Assembly (NCBI GenBank): GCA_001796935.1
Contig: MGNX01000103.1
Location: 1,420-39,792 of the forward strand
Direction of reading: 5' to 3'
Source: Chloroflexi bacterium RBG_16_60_22
GTDB taxonomy: Bacteria > Chloroflexota > Dehalococcoidia > Dehalococcoidales > RBG-16-60-22
DNA: 38,373 nt
Part shown: positions 1-11,674 of the stretch, piece after piece
Position numbering within the stretch: the stretch's first letter is position 1
Layout of the letters: every line of letters starts with the position of its first letter
Translations under genes and position numbers: made by a program
The notes under the pieces: generated by a model
Told to the model about the DNA's origin: nothing
The model's database searches: none
Seen by the model: the letters and a program-made list of their open reading frames with translations, nothing else

Positions 1-77
1 AGGCAGTCGGGCAGCATGTCCCCGTCCTCCAGCCTGACAATGAATACCCGCCCAATGCGTCCTTCACTGGCTTTCAT
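1..77 (-). CDS. Partial CDS (N-terminus only): PPC/DUF296-like domain protein
   Basis: Reverse-complement translation gives MKASEGRIGRVFIVRLEDGDMLPDC..., running off the window edge. AAGGAG (complement of 85-90) lies 7 nt upstream of the ATG at 77-75. The GRxFVxRLxxGD pattern recalls DUF296/PPC N-termini, from memory only. Confidence 0.45.
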   Translation of the reverse strand, partial: MKASEGRIGRVFIVRLEDGDMLPDC

Positions 78-88
78 ACGCATACTCC

Positions 89-673
89 TTACCGGCTGCC
101 GAAGTACTGGAGGGCCAGCTTGATTTTCTCCTCCAGGTCGAGGGGGCGGTCGGCGGGCAGGGAGGCCACGGCCTTGACGGTCTCGGCGGGGGAGTAGCCC
201 AGGGAGGTCAGCGCCGCCAGCACGTCCGTGTTCTCCCGGGCCACCTCGCTGGCCGGGGCGGCCACCCAGCCGGCGCCGATTTTCTCCTTGAGCTCCAGGA
301 TGATGCGGCTGGCCACCTTCTTGCCGATGCCGGGAATCATGTCCAGCATATCGATGCTGCCGGTGGCGATGGCCGTGGTAATCTGCTCCGGGTTCAACGC
401 CGAGAGCATGGCCAGCGCCAGCTTGGGGCCGAGCCCGGTGACGCCGAGCAGCGTCTCGAAGAGCCAGAGCTCCTCGGCGGTGGGGAAGCCGTAGAGGGAA
501 AGGTTGTCCTCGCGGACGTGGAGGTGGGTAAAGACCCTGACGTCATGGCCGGGGGTCGCCAGCGAGCTGAGGGCGGTGGTGGGCATATAGACGTAATAGC
601 CGACCCCCCCGACGTTGATAATAGCGCCGTCGCTCCCCAGCGACTCCACCTTGCCCTGGAGGGAAGCTATCAT
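89..673 (-). CDS. ruvA: Holliday junction branch migration complex subunit RuvA
   Basis: 194-aa ORF. Starts MIASLQGKV...GGVGYYV and carries HhH motifs (LLGVTGLGPKLALAML, IPGIGKKVASRI). 4-nt overlap with ruvC. Confidence 0.95.
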   Translation of the reverse strand: MIASLQGKVESLGSDGAIINVGGVGYYVYMPTTALSSLATPGHDVRVFTHLHVREDNLSLYGFPTAEELWLFETLLGVTGLGPKLALAMLSALNPEQITTAIATGSIDMLDMIPGIGKKVASRIILELKEKIGAGWVAAPASEVARENTDVLAALTSLGYSPAETVKAVASLPADRPLDLEEKIKLALQYFGSR

Positions 674-1176
674 GTCCCCTCTCTCCGTCCGGCCAGGAGG
701 TCGTTGAGGTGCATCTCCTGGACGTGGCAGATGGCCACCGCCAGGGCATCGGCGGCGTCAAGGGGCCGGGGGGCCTCGGCCAGGCCGAGCTGGAGGCGGA
801 CCATCTCCTGGACCTGCTCCTTGCTGCTGGCGCCGTAGCTGGTCACCCGCTGCTTGACCGCGGCGGGGGTGTACTCGAAGGCGGGGACGCCTTCGGCGGC
901 GGCGGCGAGGAGGGCAACCGCCTGGGCGCGCCCGATGGCCAGGGCCGATTTCACGTTCCTGGCGACGAAGGGCTGCTCCACGGCCACGGCATCCGGCCGG
1001 TGGCGGCGGATGATTTCCAGAAGCCCGTGATAGATGTGGTTCAGGCGCTCCCCGATGGGGGCGCGCTCCGGGCTGACGATGGCACCGCACTCGACCTGGA
1101 CTATCCCGCTATCATCACTCTCCACCACGCCGTAGCCCATCACCAGTGTGCCGGGGTCGATGCCTAAAATCTTCAT
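670..1176 (-). CDS. ruvC: Crossover junction endodeoxyribonuclease RuvC
   Basis: 168-aa ORF. MKILGIDPGTLVMGYGVV (catalytic Asp), ...VAVEQPF..., ...DAADALAVAICH: the canonical RuvC signature. Confidence 0.95.
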   Translation of the reverse strand: MKILGIDPGTLVMGYGVVESDDSGIVQVECGAIVSPERAPIGERLNHIYHGLLEIIRRHRPDAVAVEQPFVARNVKSALAIGRAQAVALLAAAAEGVPAFEYTPAAVKQRVTSYGASSKEQVQEMVRLQLGLAEAPRPLDAADALAVAICHVQEMHLNDLLAGRREGT

Positions 1177-1211
1177 GACATATTCATCGCGGGGACGGCG
1201 GGGTCGAAAGC

Positions 1212-1964
1212 CTACTGGGACTCGTATTCTTCCACCACGGAAAGGGGGATATCGGCGTTGCTGAACACGTTCTGAATATCGTCGATTTCCTCCAGCCGGT
1301 CCAGCAGCTTGAGGGTCTGCATGGCCGCTTTTTCATCGAGCGGGACGAGCGACTTCGGCACCATCACCAGCTCGCTGGACTCGACGGGCACGTCCTGGCC
1401 TTCCAGGGTTTCCCGGACCCTTTCCAGGTCTTCCGGTCTGGTATAAACCTCGACGAAGCCATCCTCCACCTTGACGTCCTCGGCGCCGGCATCGATGGAG
1501 GAAAGCATCAGTTCGTCGGCGTTAACTTTCTTCGCCTTGATGGTGATAATCCCCTTGGAATCGAAGAGCCAGGCGACGCAGCCGCTCTCTCCCAGGCTGC
1601 CGCCGTGCCGACCGAACGTGCTCCGCACCTCCTGGACGGTCCGGTTGCGGTTGTCCGAGAGGGCATTGACCAGGATGGCGATGCCGCTGGGTCCGTAACC
1701 CTCCAGCGTCATCTCGGCCAGGGCGCCTCCCTCCAGCTCGCCGGTGCCTTTCTTGATAGCCCTTTCGATGTTATCCATGGGCATATTGCTGTCTCGCGCT
1801 TTCTGGACGGCCAGGCGCAGGCGGAAGTTGCCTTCGGCGTTGCCGCCCCCCTCCCGCGCCGCGATTATCAGCTCACGCGTCAGCTTGGTGAAAAGCTGGC
1901 CTCTCCTGGCATCAGCGACCCCCTTCTGGTGTTTAATAGAGTGCCACTTGGAATGCCCGGACAT
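1212..1964 (-). CDS. yebC: YebC/PmpR family DNA-binding transcriptional regulator
   Basis: 250-aa ORF starting MSGHSKWHSIKHQKGVADARRG, the diagnostic YebC N-terminus. Confidence 0.93.
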   Translation of the reverse strand: MSGHSKWHSIKHQKGVADARRGQLFTKLTRELIIAAREGGGNAEGNFRLRLAVQKARDSNMPMDNIERAIKKGTGELEGGALAEMTLEGYGPSGIAILVNALSDNRNRTVQEVRSTFGRHGGSLGESGCVAWLFDSKGIITIKAKKVNADELMLSSIDAGAEDVKVEDGFVEVYTRPEDLERVRETLEGQDVPVESSELVMVPKSLVPLDEKAAMQTLKLLDRLEEIDDIQNVFSNADIPLSVVEEYESQ

Positions 1965-2044
1965 CGTCGTAAACCTCCTCGGACCACTGGTCCACTTATC
2001 GTGATAATTCTAGCACTTCACTATCCTGCGGTCAAAGAGTCAGC

Positions 2045-2073
2045 TTGTTTTTATGGAGCGTATTTACTATAAT
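2045..2073 (+). promoter_or_regulatory. Sigma-70-type promoter candidate (TTGTTT-17 nt-TATAAT)
   Basis: TTGTTT at 2045-2050 and TATAAT at 2068-2073 with a 17-nt spacer, in an AT-richer gap upstream of the 2139 CDS. Confidence 0.45.
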
Positions 2074-2138
2074 GCTGCTGGGTGCCCGATGTATCCTTCT
2101 GAAAATAAAGTTACGCCTAGTAAGGAGATTTTTTAACT

Positions 2139-2603
2139 TTGGGAAGTCTGTCAACGACCATACTCTTTGGGGTGGCCATGATTTTACTGCTGGGCCTGAG
2201 CATCGGCCTCCAGGTATTCCGTACCCGGCGGTCACTGCTGGGGAAGGTAGTAGGTCTGCTTAGCGCCGTCAAGTACAACGAGAAGCTCATCGAGAACTTC
2301 AGCTACCACCGCGGTATCGGCCGGATGAGGGATGGGTCCTGGGAGAAGAACCGTGAAAAGCTGAGGTTCCTGCCCCGGGGGCTGGATGGGGAACTCACCA
2401 GGGTCTTCGGGATGGTGGCCGAAATCAACGAAAAGATAAATGCCGCCAAGAGACACGGGACCGATGCCTATATGGCGTCCATCGAGGTCGATAAACTTAA
2501 GGTGCCGCTGGCGACGTGCCGGGAGCAGCTCCAGACCTGGATATATGAGAACATGAACAATCCGGAGTATCTCCCGAAGCGGCGCCGCCTCTTTAAGTTT
2601 TAA
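2139..2603 (+). CDS. Hypothetical protein with an N-terminal transmembrane helix
   Basis: 154-aa ORF with a TTG start and AAGGAG at 2122-2127. GC3-rich codon usage on this strand. Hydrophobic N-terminus TILFGVAMILLLGLSIGLQVF followed by a charged soluble part. No family recognised. Confidence 0.65.
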   Translation: MGSLSTTILFGVAMILLLGLSIGLQVFRTRRSLLGKVVGLLSAVKYNEKLIENFSYHRGIGRMRDGSWEKNREKLRFLPRGLDGELTRVFGMVAEINEKINAAKRHGTDAYMASIEVDKLKVPLATCREQLQTWIYENMNNPEYLPKRRRLFKF

Positions 2604-2641
2604 GTAATTTTCCCGTCCCCGGCGGACCACGCCCTTTTCAT

Positions 2642-3331
2642 CTAGTACAGTTTGCCGGCCAGGGTCTTCCTCAGCTTCTTCAGATTTACCTGGAATGCTT
2701 CTGAGTTGATATTTTCCGTGGTCATGATGACGCCGTCTTCCCGGTTATCCAGGTAGTAGCCGGGACGCACGCCGACCTTGGCAAAGCCGTACTTGGTGTA
2801 GAGGTTCTGGGCTACGGTGTTGGAGGCGCGCACCTCCAGCGTCATCGACCTGGCATTGAGCTCCCGGGCCAGGTCAATGGTGGCGATGAGCAGCATCTCC
2901 CCGAGCCCCCGCCCCTGATAGGTCTGCCGTACCGCGATATTGGTGATGTGGGCTTCGTCGGTGATGACCCAGATGCCGGAAAACCCGACGATGTACTGCT
3001 GGAAAGCGCGCGGTGGAGGGTCATCGGGCCGGGGACGGCGCCGGCCCAGCCAGCGCAGCCATGACCTCAGGGTACTCAGGGCCCGGGGGGGACGGGCGTG
3101 GGAGACCTCCACCTTTTTAGTATCGTCCCTGGCGACGATGTAGTGGGCGAGCTGGTTCTGGAGCTCCTGGAGGTAGTTGGCCGGAGGCCATTGGGTGGGA
3201 AAGGCCTCGCGGTCGATTTCCGTGACCTGGCCCAGGTCACCTTTGACCATGGGGCGTATGGAGTATATCAAGGCTCCTTCTCCGCGGCGTGTTACCGGCC
3301 GGTGGCCGGTTACGTCCTGCAATTTTAGCAT
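2642..3331 (-). CDS. GNAT family N-acetyltransferase, RimI-like, with internal Arg/Pro-rich insertion
   Basis: 229-aa ORF. IRPMVKGDLGQVTEIDREAF, ...DEAHITNIAVRQTYQGRGLGEMLL (acetyl-CoA Q/RxxGxG motif), ...LEVRASNTVAQNLYTKYGF. Exact start uncertain. Confidence 0.85.
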   Translation of the reverse strand: MLKLQDVTGHRPVTRRGEGALIYSIRPMVKGDLGQVTEIDREAFPTQWPPANYLQELQNQLAHYIVARDDTKKVEVSHARPPRALSTLRSWLRWLGRRRPRPDDPPPRAFQQYIVGFSGIWVITDEAHITNIAVRQTYQGRGLGEMLLIATIDLARELNARSMTLEVRASNTVAQNLYTKYGFAKVGVRPGYYLDNREDGVIMTTENINSEAFQVNLKKLRKTLAGKLY

Positions 3332-3479
3332 ATTTTTGGCTTCAGTGGCATGCCGTCGCCGCTAACGTAATAACTATCTTTTCAGCCTCCCTTTCGTTAT
3401 ACTATATGCACGGGTAACGCCACAAGCCCGGTCGGGCTAACGAACAAACCAACCGGTCCGGTCGGGCAGGAGTTGTCAG

Positions 3480-4019
3480 GTGCGAGATGAGGAGAGCCTT
3501 ATCCGTCGCGCGCAACAGCGCGACCAGATGGCTTTAACTCAATTATACGAGGAGAACTTCGATAGGATTTATCGGTATATAGTTCTCAAAATAGGGGACA
3601 GGACCGAGGCCGAGGATATGACGCAGCAGGTCTTTCTCCAGGCCCTCAAGGCCATCTCTTCCTACAGGTTCAAGGGCATGCCCTTTTCCTCATGGCTGTA
3701 CCGCATCGCTCACAACCAGGTGGTCGATTACCTGAGAAAGAAGTCGCGGCGCCCTACCATCCCCATTGAGGATACGATGGCGGCCGGCAGCAGCGACCCG
3801 CCCCGCGAGATTGAGCGGAAGATGGAAATCGAGCAGCTGACCGCGGCGGCGCGGCAGCTTACGGCGGCGCAGCGGGAGGTAATTTCCCTCCGCTTCGGCG
3901 GGGAGCTTTCCGTGGCGGAGGTCGCCAGGGTGATGGGCAAGAGCGAGGGGGCGGTGAAAGCGCTGCAGCACAGCGCCATCGTGGCCCTGCGCAAGGTGAT
4001 GGCGGCAGGAACGGCATAA
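3480..4019 (+). CDS. ECF-type RNA polymerase sigma-70 family factor
   Basis: 179-aa ORF with a GTG start preceded by AGGAG. Region 2 (FDRIYRYIVLKIGDRTEAEDMTQQVFL...WLYRIAHNQVVDYLRK) and region 4 (REVISLRFGGELSVAEVARVMGKSEGAVKALQHSA). Confidence 0.92.
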   Translation: MRDEESLIRRAQQRDQMALTQLYEENFDRIYRYIVLKIGDRTEAEDMTQQVFLQALKAISSYRFKGMPFSSWLYRIAHNQVVDYLRKKSRRPTIPIEDTMAAGSSDPPREIERKMEIEQLTAAARQLTAAQREVISLRFGGELSVAEVARVMGKSEGAVKALQHSAIVALRKVMAAGTA

Positions 4020-5044
4020 TGGCAAAGGTAAACGAGTTCGATAATATTCTGGACGAATGCCTGGAGCGACTGCTCAGGGGCGAGGCGCTCGGGCCGTGCC
4101 TGGCGGACTACCCCGACCATGCGGACGCGCTCGAGCCCCTGCTCCGCACGGCGCTGGACGCCCGTGACGCGGCGGCCATCCGGCCCCGCCCCGGGTTCCG
4201 CGACCGGGCACGCTACCAGTTCCAGGCGGCCATCCGGGATACGGAAGTCAGGGGAAGCCGCGGTTTCTTCGGCTGGCAGCCCCGCTGGGTGACCGCCGTG
4301 GCCGTGGTCATCGCCCTGCTGGTGGTGGGCAGCGGTACCGTGGCGGCGGCCGGTAACAGCCTGCCGGACGGGCCGCTCTACCCGGTGAAGCTGGCGACCG
4401 AGGCGGTACAGGTGGCATTGACTCCCTCGGCCGCGGGTAAAGCCGAGCTTTACGTCAAGCTGGCGGATAAGAGAGTTGACGAGATAATCAAGATGGCGGA
4501 CAAGGGCAAGGTGAAGCAGGTGGAGCAGGCCACGGACCGCCTCAACGACCAGCTGGTGGCCATGGCCGGTCTGGCCGCCCCCGGCGGCGGGCCGGCGGCA
4601 CAACTGGCGGTACCCGCGCCGGCACCGGTCCCGGCCCCGACGCCCGCCCCCGTGCCGGAGCCAGTCGCCGAACCGGAGGCGGAAGGGCCGCAGATATTGA
4701 TGAAAGCGCCCCCGCCGGCGGAACAGCTGCCGGAGGCAGTACCGGCGCCGGTCATCGAGGTACCGGCAGCCCCCGGGGCGGAAGCCCCGGTAGCTGTCAC
4801 TCCCGGGGCACCGGGACGTTCCGATGAAGCGCATGAAAAAGCGGTCGGGAAGGAACGTAAGAAAGCCGCCAAGGCTGACGAGCAGGAAATATTGAGGGAG
4901 CTGCTTTCCCGCCATGCCCTGGATAACGAGGAAGCCCTGCGGGAAGTGCTGGCCCGGGTACCGGAATCACTCAAGCCAGCTTTACGGCGGGCCCTCGAGG
5001 TGGCCGGCGCCGGCTACGAGCAGGCCCTCAGAAACCTCGACTGA
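4019..5044 (+). CDS. Putative anti-sigma factor, single-pass membrane protein with DUF5667-like domain and Pro/Ala-rich linker
   Basis: 341-aa ORF whose ATG overlaps the sigma TAA by 1 nt (ATAATG). Cytoplasmic N-terminus, TM helix WVTAVAVVIALLVVGSGTVAAAG, then LYPVKLATEAV...KRVDEI, a PAPAPVPAPTPAPVPEP linker and a helical C-terminus. Confidence 0.75.
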   Translation: MAKVNEFDNILDECLERLLRGEALGPCLADYPDHADALEPLLRTALDARDAAAIRPRPGFRDRARYQFQAAIRDTEVRGSRGFFGWQPRWVTAVAVVIALLVVGSGTVAAAGNSLPDGPLYPVKLATEAVQVALTPSAAGKAELYVKLADKRVDEIIKMADKGKVKQVEQATDRLNDQLVAMAGLAAPGGGPAAQLAVPAPAPVPAPTPAPVPEPVAEPEAEGPQILMKAPPPAEQLPEAVPAPVIEVPAAPGAEAPVAVTPGAPGRSDEAHEKAVGKERKKAAKADEQEILRELLSRHALDNEEALREVLARVPESLKPALRRALEVAGAGYEQALRNLD

Positions 5045-5144
5045 CCCTCGGGCGATTTCTCGCGGTAAAAATACCCTTATTGTCGCTAACCCCGCGGCGA
5101 TTTTTTCGTTGTATATAGTAGGAATATCAGAAAGGGGACAAGCA

Positions 5145-5915
5145 ATGAAGAAAATATGGTTAACAGTAATCGGGGCGGCAATTCTGGTACTGGCGGTGGT
5201 CGGCTTTACCGGCTGCAGCCCGGAGGGGGCGACATTCACCGGGGGCAGCCTGGAGATAAAAGGGAGCCTGAACAGCCAGCAGGAGGGAATCTGGGTCAGC
5301 GGCGAGGGTAAGGTGACCGCCGTGCCCGACGTGGCTAACCTGAGGCTGGGCATACAGTCGCAGGAGGGGACCGTCGCCGAGGCGCAGGGTAAAGCCGCCG
5401 CGGCCATGGACAGCGTCATGAAATCATTAAAGGGCAATGGAGTCGCCGAGAAAGATATCCAGACCCAGACCTTCAATATACAAAAGGTCACCCGGTGGGA
5501 CAACGATAATCAACGGGAAATCGTCATCGGCTACCAGGTGACCAATATCGTGACCGCCAAGATAAGGGAGGTCGGCACCACGGGCCGGGTTATCGATGCC
5601 GTGACGATTGCCGGCGGCGACCTGACCCGGGTTGACAGCATAAGCTTCTCGATTGACAACCCCGCCGCCTACTACGGAGAGGCCCGGCAGAAGGCCGTGG
5701 CCGATGCCGCCGCCAAGGCGAAGCAGCTGGCCGACGTGACGGGGGTCAAGCTGGGCAAGCCGACCTATATCTCGGAGAACGTTTACGTACCGGGGCCCGT
5801 TTTCCGCGGCGCTATGATGGAGGCGGCCGCCCCCGCGCCGGTGGAGACGCCTATCAGTCCCGGTGAGCAGGAAATAACCATGAATGTCCAGATTGCCTAT
5901 GCCATCGCGGACTAA
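5145..5915 (+). CDS. SIMPL (DUF541) domain lipoprotein
   Basis: Start at ATG 5145 (MKKIWLTVIGAAILVLAVVGFTGC, a signal peptide plus lipobox), not the ORF-track start at 4914. The body (VTAVPDVANLRLGIQ..., ISPGEQEITMNVQIAY) is typical of SIMPL proteins. Confidence 0.85.
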   Translation: MKKIWLTVIGAAILVLAVVGFTGCSPEGATFTGGSLEIKGSLNSQQEGIWVSGEGKVTAVPDVANLRLGIQSQEGTVAEAQGKAAAAMDSVMKSLKGNGVAEKDIQTQTFNIQKVTRWDNDNQREIVIGYQVTNIVTAKIREVGTTGRVIDAVTIAGGDLTRVDSISFSIDNPAAYYGEARQKAVADAAAKAKQLADVTGVKLGKPTYISENVYVPGPVFRGAMMEAAAPAPVETPISPGEQEITMNVQIAYAIAD

Positions 5916-5948
5916 GTCCGATAGGAAAAAATAAACCAGGAAGACCGG

Positions 5949-5979
5949 GGGAGCCTCGAAGAGAGGCTCCCTCTTTTTT
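5949..5979 (+). terminator. Rho-independent terminator after the SIMPL gene
   Basis: 9-bp stem GGGAGCCTC / GAGGCTCCC with loop GAAGA, followed by TCTTTTTT. The T-tract abuts the queH stop on the other strand. Confidence 0.7.
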
Positions 5980-6520
5980 ATGCTTCCCGGGGGTCAGCGT
6001 AGCGCTCCAACTCGCTGTAGAGGCACCCGCAGTACTGCTGGCGGTAGAGGTCCAGGGGCTTGGTGATGTGCCGACTATCCGAGTAGCGTTTCCGAAGGTC
6101 GGCGTAGAGGAACGCCACCCCACGTTGAGCGGCGATGCCGTCGCCGATTTCTTTGATTAAATCATGTTTCTGGTGGGGGCTGATGAGGAGGGTGGTGGTG
6201 AAGGCGTCAAAGCCCTGCTCCCGGGCGGTCTCCGCCGTTTTCCCCAGACGGAGGTCGAAGCAGTGCCGGCAGCGTCCGTCCTCGTGGCCGGCCACCCGGC
6301 GGAAGTACGCCGCCATGTCATAGCCATCGGCGACCGTCAGGGGCAGGTCGAGCTCACGCGCCAGTGATGCCATGCTTTCGAGGCGGCGCTGGTGCTCGGT
6401 GAAGGGGTGGATATTGGGGTTGTACCACAGGCCGCTGACAGCGTAGCCCTGGCGCCGCCAGTGCTCGATGGTGAAGGCGGCGCAGTGGGCGCAGCAGACG
6501 TGGAGGAGTACTTTTTTCAT
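5978..6520 (-). CDS. queH: Epoxyqueuosine reductase QueH (DUF208)
   Basis: 180-aa ORF. MKKVLLHVCCAHCAAF...NPNIHPFTEHQRR...CRHCFDLRL...YCGCLYS, the conserved Cys pattern of QueH. Confidence 0.88.
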   Translation of the reverse strand: MKKVLLHVCCAHCAAFTIEHWRRQGYAVSGLWYNPNIHPFTEHQRRLESMASLARELDLPLTVADGYDMAAYFRRVAGHEDGRCRHCFDLRLGKTAETAREQGFDAFTTTLLISPHQKHDLIKEIGDGIAAQRGVAFLYADLRKRYSDSRHITKPLDLYRQQYCGCLYSELERYADPREA

Positions 6521-6538
6521 GCTTCGGTTGTGTGGTGA

Positions 6539-7558
6539 TTACAGCAGCGTTCCCTGCGGGGGCTTTTTATTGTAGGGGAGGCCGAGGTGCTCGTAGGCGA
6601 GCCGGGTGGCGAGGCGGCCGCGGGGCGTGCGCTCCAGGAAGCCGAGCTGCAGGAGGAAGGGCTCGTAAACGTCCGTGACGGTGTCCGCTTCCTCGCTGAT
6701 GGAGGCGGCGATGGTGTCCAGTCCCACCGGTCCGCCGTTGAACTTCTCGATGATGGTGCGCAGCACCTTGTGGTCGATTTCATCCAGCCCGATGGGGTCG
6801 ACTTCCAGCTTGGCCAGCGCGGCCGTGGCTATCTCCAGGGTAATAATACCGTCGGCCATGACCTGGGCGTAGTCCCTGACCCGCTTGAGGAGGCGGTTGG
6901 CGACGCGGGGCGTGCCGCGGGCACGCCGGGCAATCTCGCTCAGGCCACCGTCGTCCGCCTTTACCTGGAGAATCTCGGCGGAGCGCCTGATGATTTTCTC
7001 CAGCGAGGCGGGTTCGTAGAAATCGAGCCGGTAAACGGCCCCGAACCGGTCCCTCAGGGGCGGGCTGAGCAGGGCGAAGCGGGTGGTGGCGCCCACCAGG
7101 GTAAACTTGGGGAGGTTGAGTCGCAGGCTTCTGGCGCCGGGGCCCTTGCCGATGATGATATCCAGGGCGAAGTCTTCCAGGGCGGGGTAGAGTATCTCCT
7201 CGACCGTGCGGCTGAGGCGGTGGATTTCGTCGATGAAGAGGACATCGTGGCTTTTCAGGTTGGTGAGGATAGCGGCGAGGTCGCCGGTGCGCTCGATGGC
7301 CGGGCCGGAGGTCATCTTGATGTTGACGCCAACCTCGGCGGCGAGGATATAGGCCAGGCAGGTCTTGCCCAGGCCGGGCGGTCCGTAGAAAAGAATATGG
7401 TCGAGAGGTTCACCCCGGCCTTTGGCCGCGGCGATGGCTATCTTGAGGTTTTCCTTGGTCTTGTCCTGTCCGGTGAAATCGGCCAGGTGGCGGGGTCGCA
7501 GGCTGGTATCGAGCGGAGCGTCCTCGGCGTTTGGCTTACCCGATATAATGCGAGATAT
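6539..7558 (-). CDS. ruvB: Holliday junction DNA helicase RuvB (start codon non-canonical or uncertain)
   Basis: The ORF-track ORF (6539..7315) begins at MTSGPAIE. The same frame stays open upstream to a TGA at 7565-7567 and encodes SRIISGKPN...[62 protein letters not shown], which includes the Walker A motif (7361-7384). The 5' end is placed at ATA 7558-7556, 7 nt after GAGGGGGTG. Confidence 0.85.
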   Translation of the reverse strand: MSRIISGKPNAEDAPLDTSLRPRHLADFTGQDKTKENLKIAIAAAKGRGEPLDHILFYGPPGLGKTCLAYILAAEVGVNIKMTSGPAIERTGDLAAILTNLKSHDVLFIDEIHRLSRTVEEILYPALEDFALDIIIGKGPGARSLRLNLPKFTLVGATTRFALLSPPLRDRFGAVYRLDFYEPASLEKIIRRSAEILQVKADDGGLSEIARRARGTPRVANRLLKRVRDYAQVMADGIITLEIATAALAKLEVDPIGLDEIDHKVLRTIIEKFNGGPVGLDTIAASISEEADTVTDVYEPFLLQLGFLERTPRGRLATRLAYEHLGLPYNKKPPQGTLL

Positions 7559-7609
7559 CTCGGTTCACCCCCTCAGCCCTTCCGTTGGAAGGACAAGCGG
7601 TACAGCGGG

Positions 7610-11666
<4,057 letters not shown>

Positions 11667-11674
<8 letters not shown>

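Noticed and set aside
2604-2641. Possible bidirectional terminator between the convergent 2139 CDS and the GNAT gene.
   Set aside because: Only a 4-bp stem (GTCC/GGAC) could be drawn and there is no convincing T-tract.
4590-4830. Periodic CCGGC/CCCG-rich DNA that looks repeat-like.
   Set aside because: It is in-frame coding sequence for the Pro/Ala-rich linker of the anti-sigma protein. It has no regular unit length or spacers, so it is not a CRISPR or tandem DNA repeat.
4914-5144. 77-residue N-terminal extension of the SIMPL ORF, overlapping the anti-sigma gene.
   Set aside because: The extension is in a shadow frame of the anti-sigma 3' end and the intergenic DNA. The signal peptide and lipobox begin at ATG 5145, which has an upstream purine-rich RBS.
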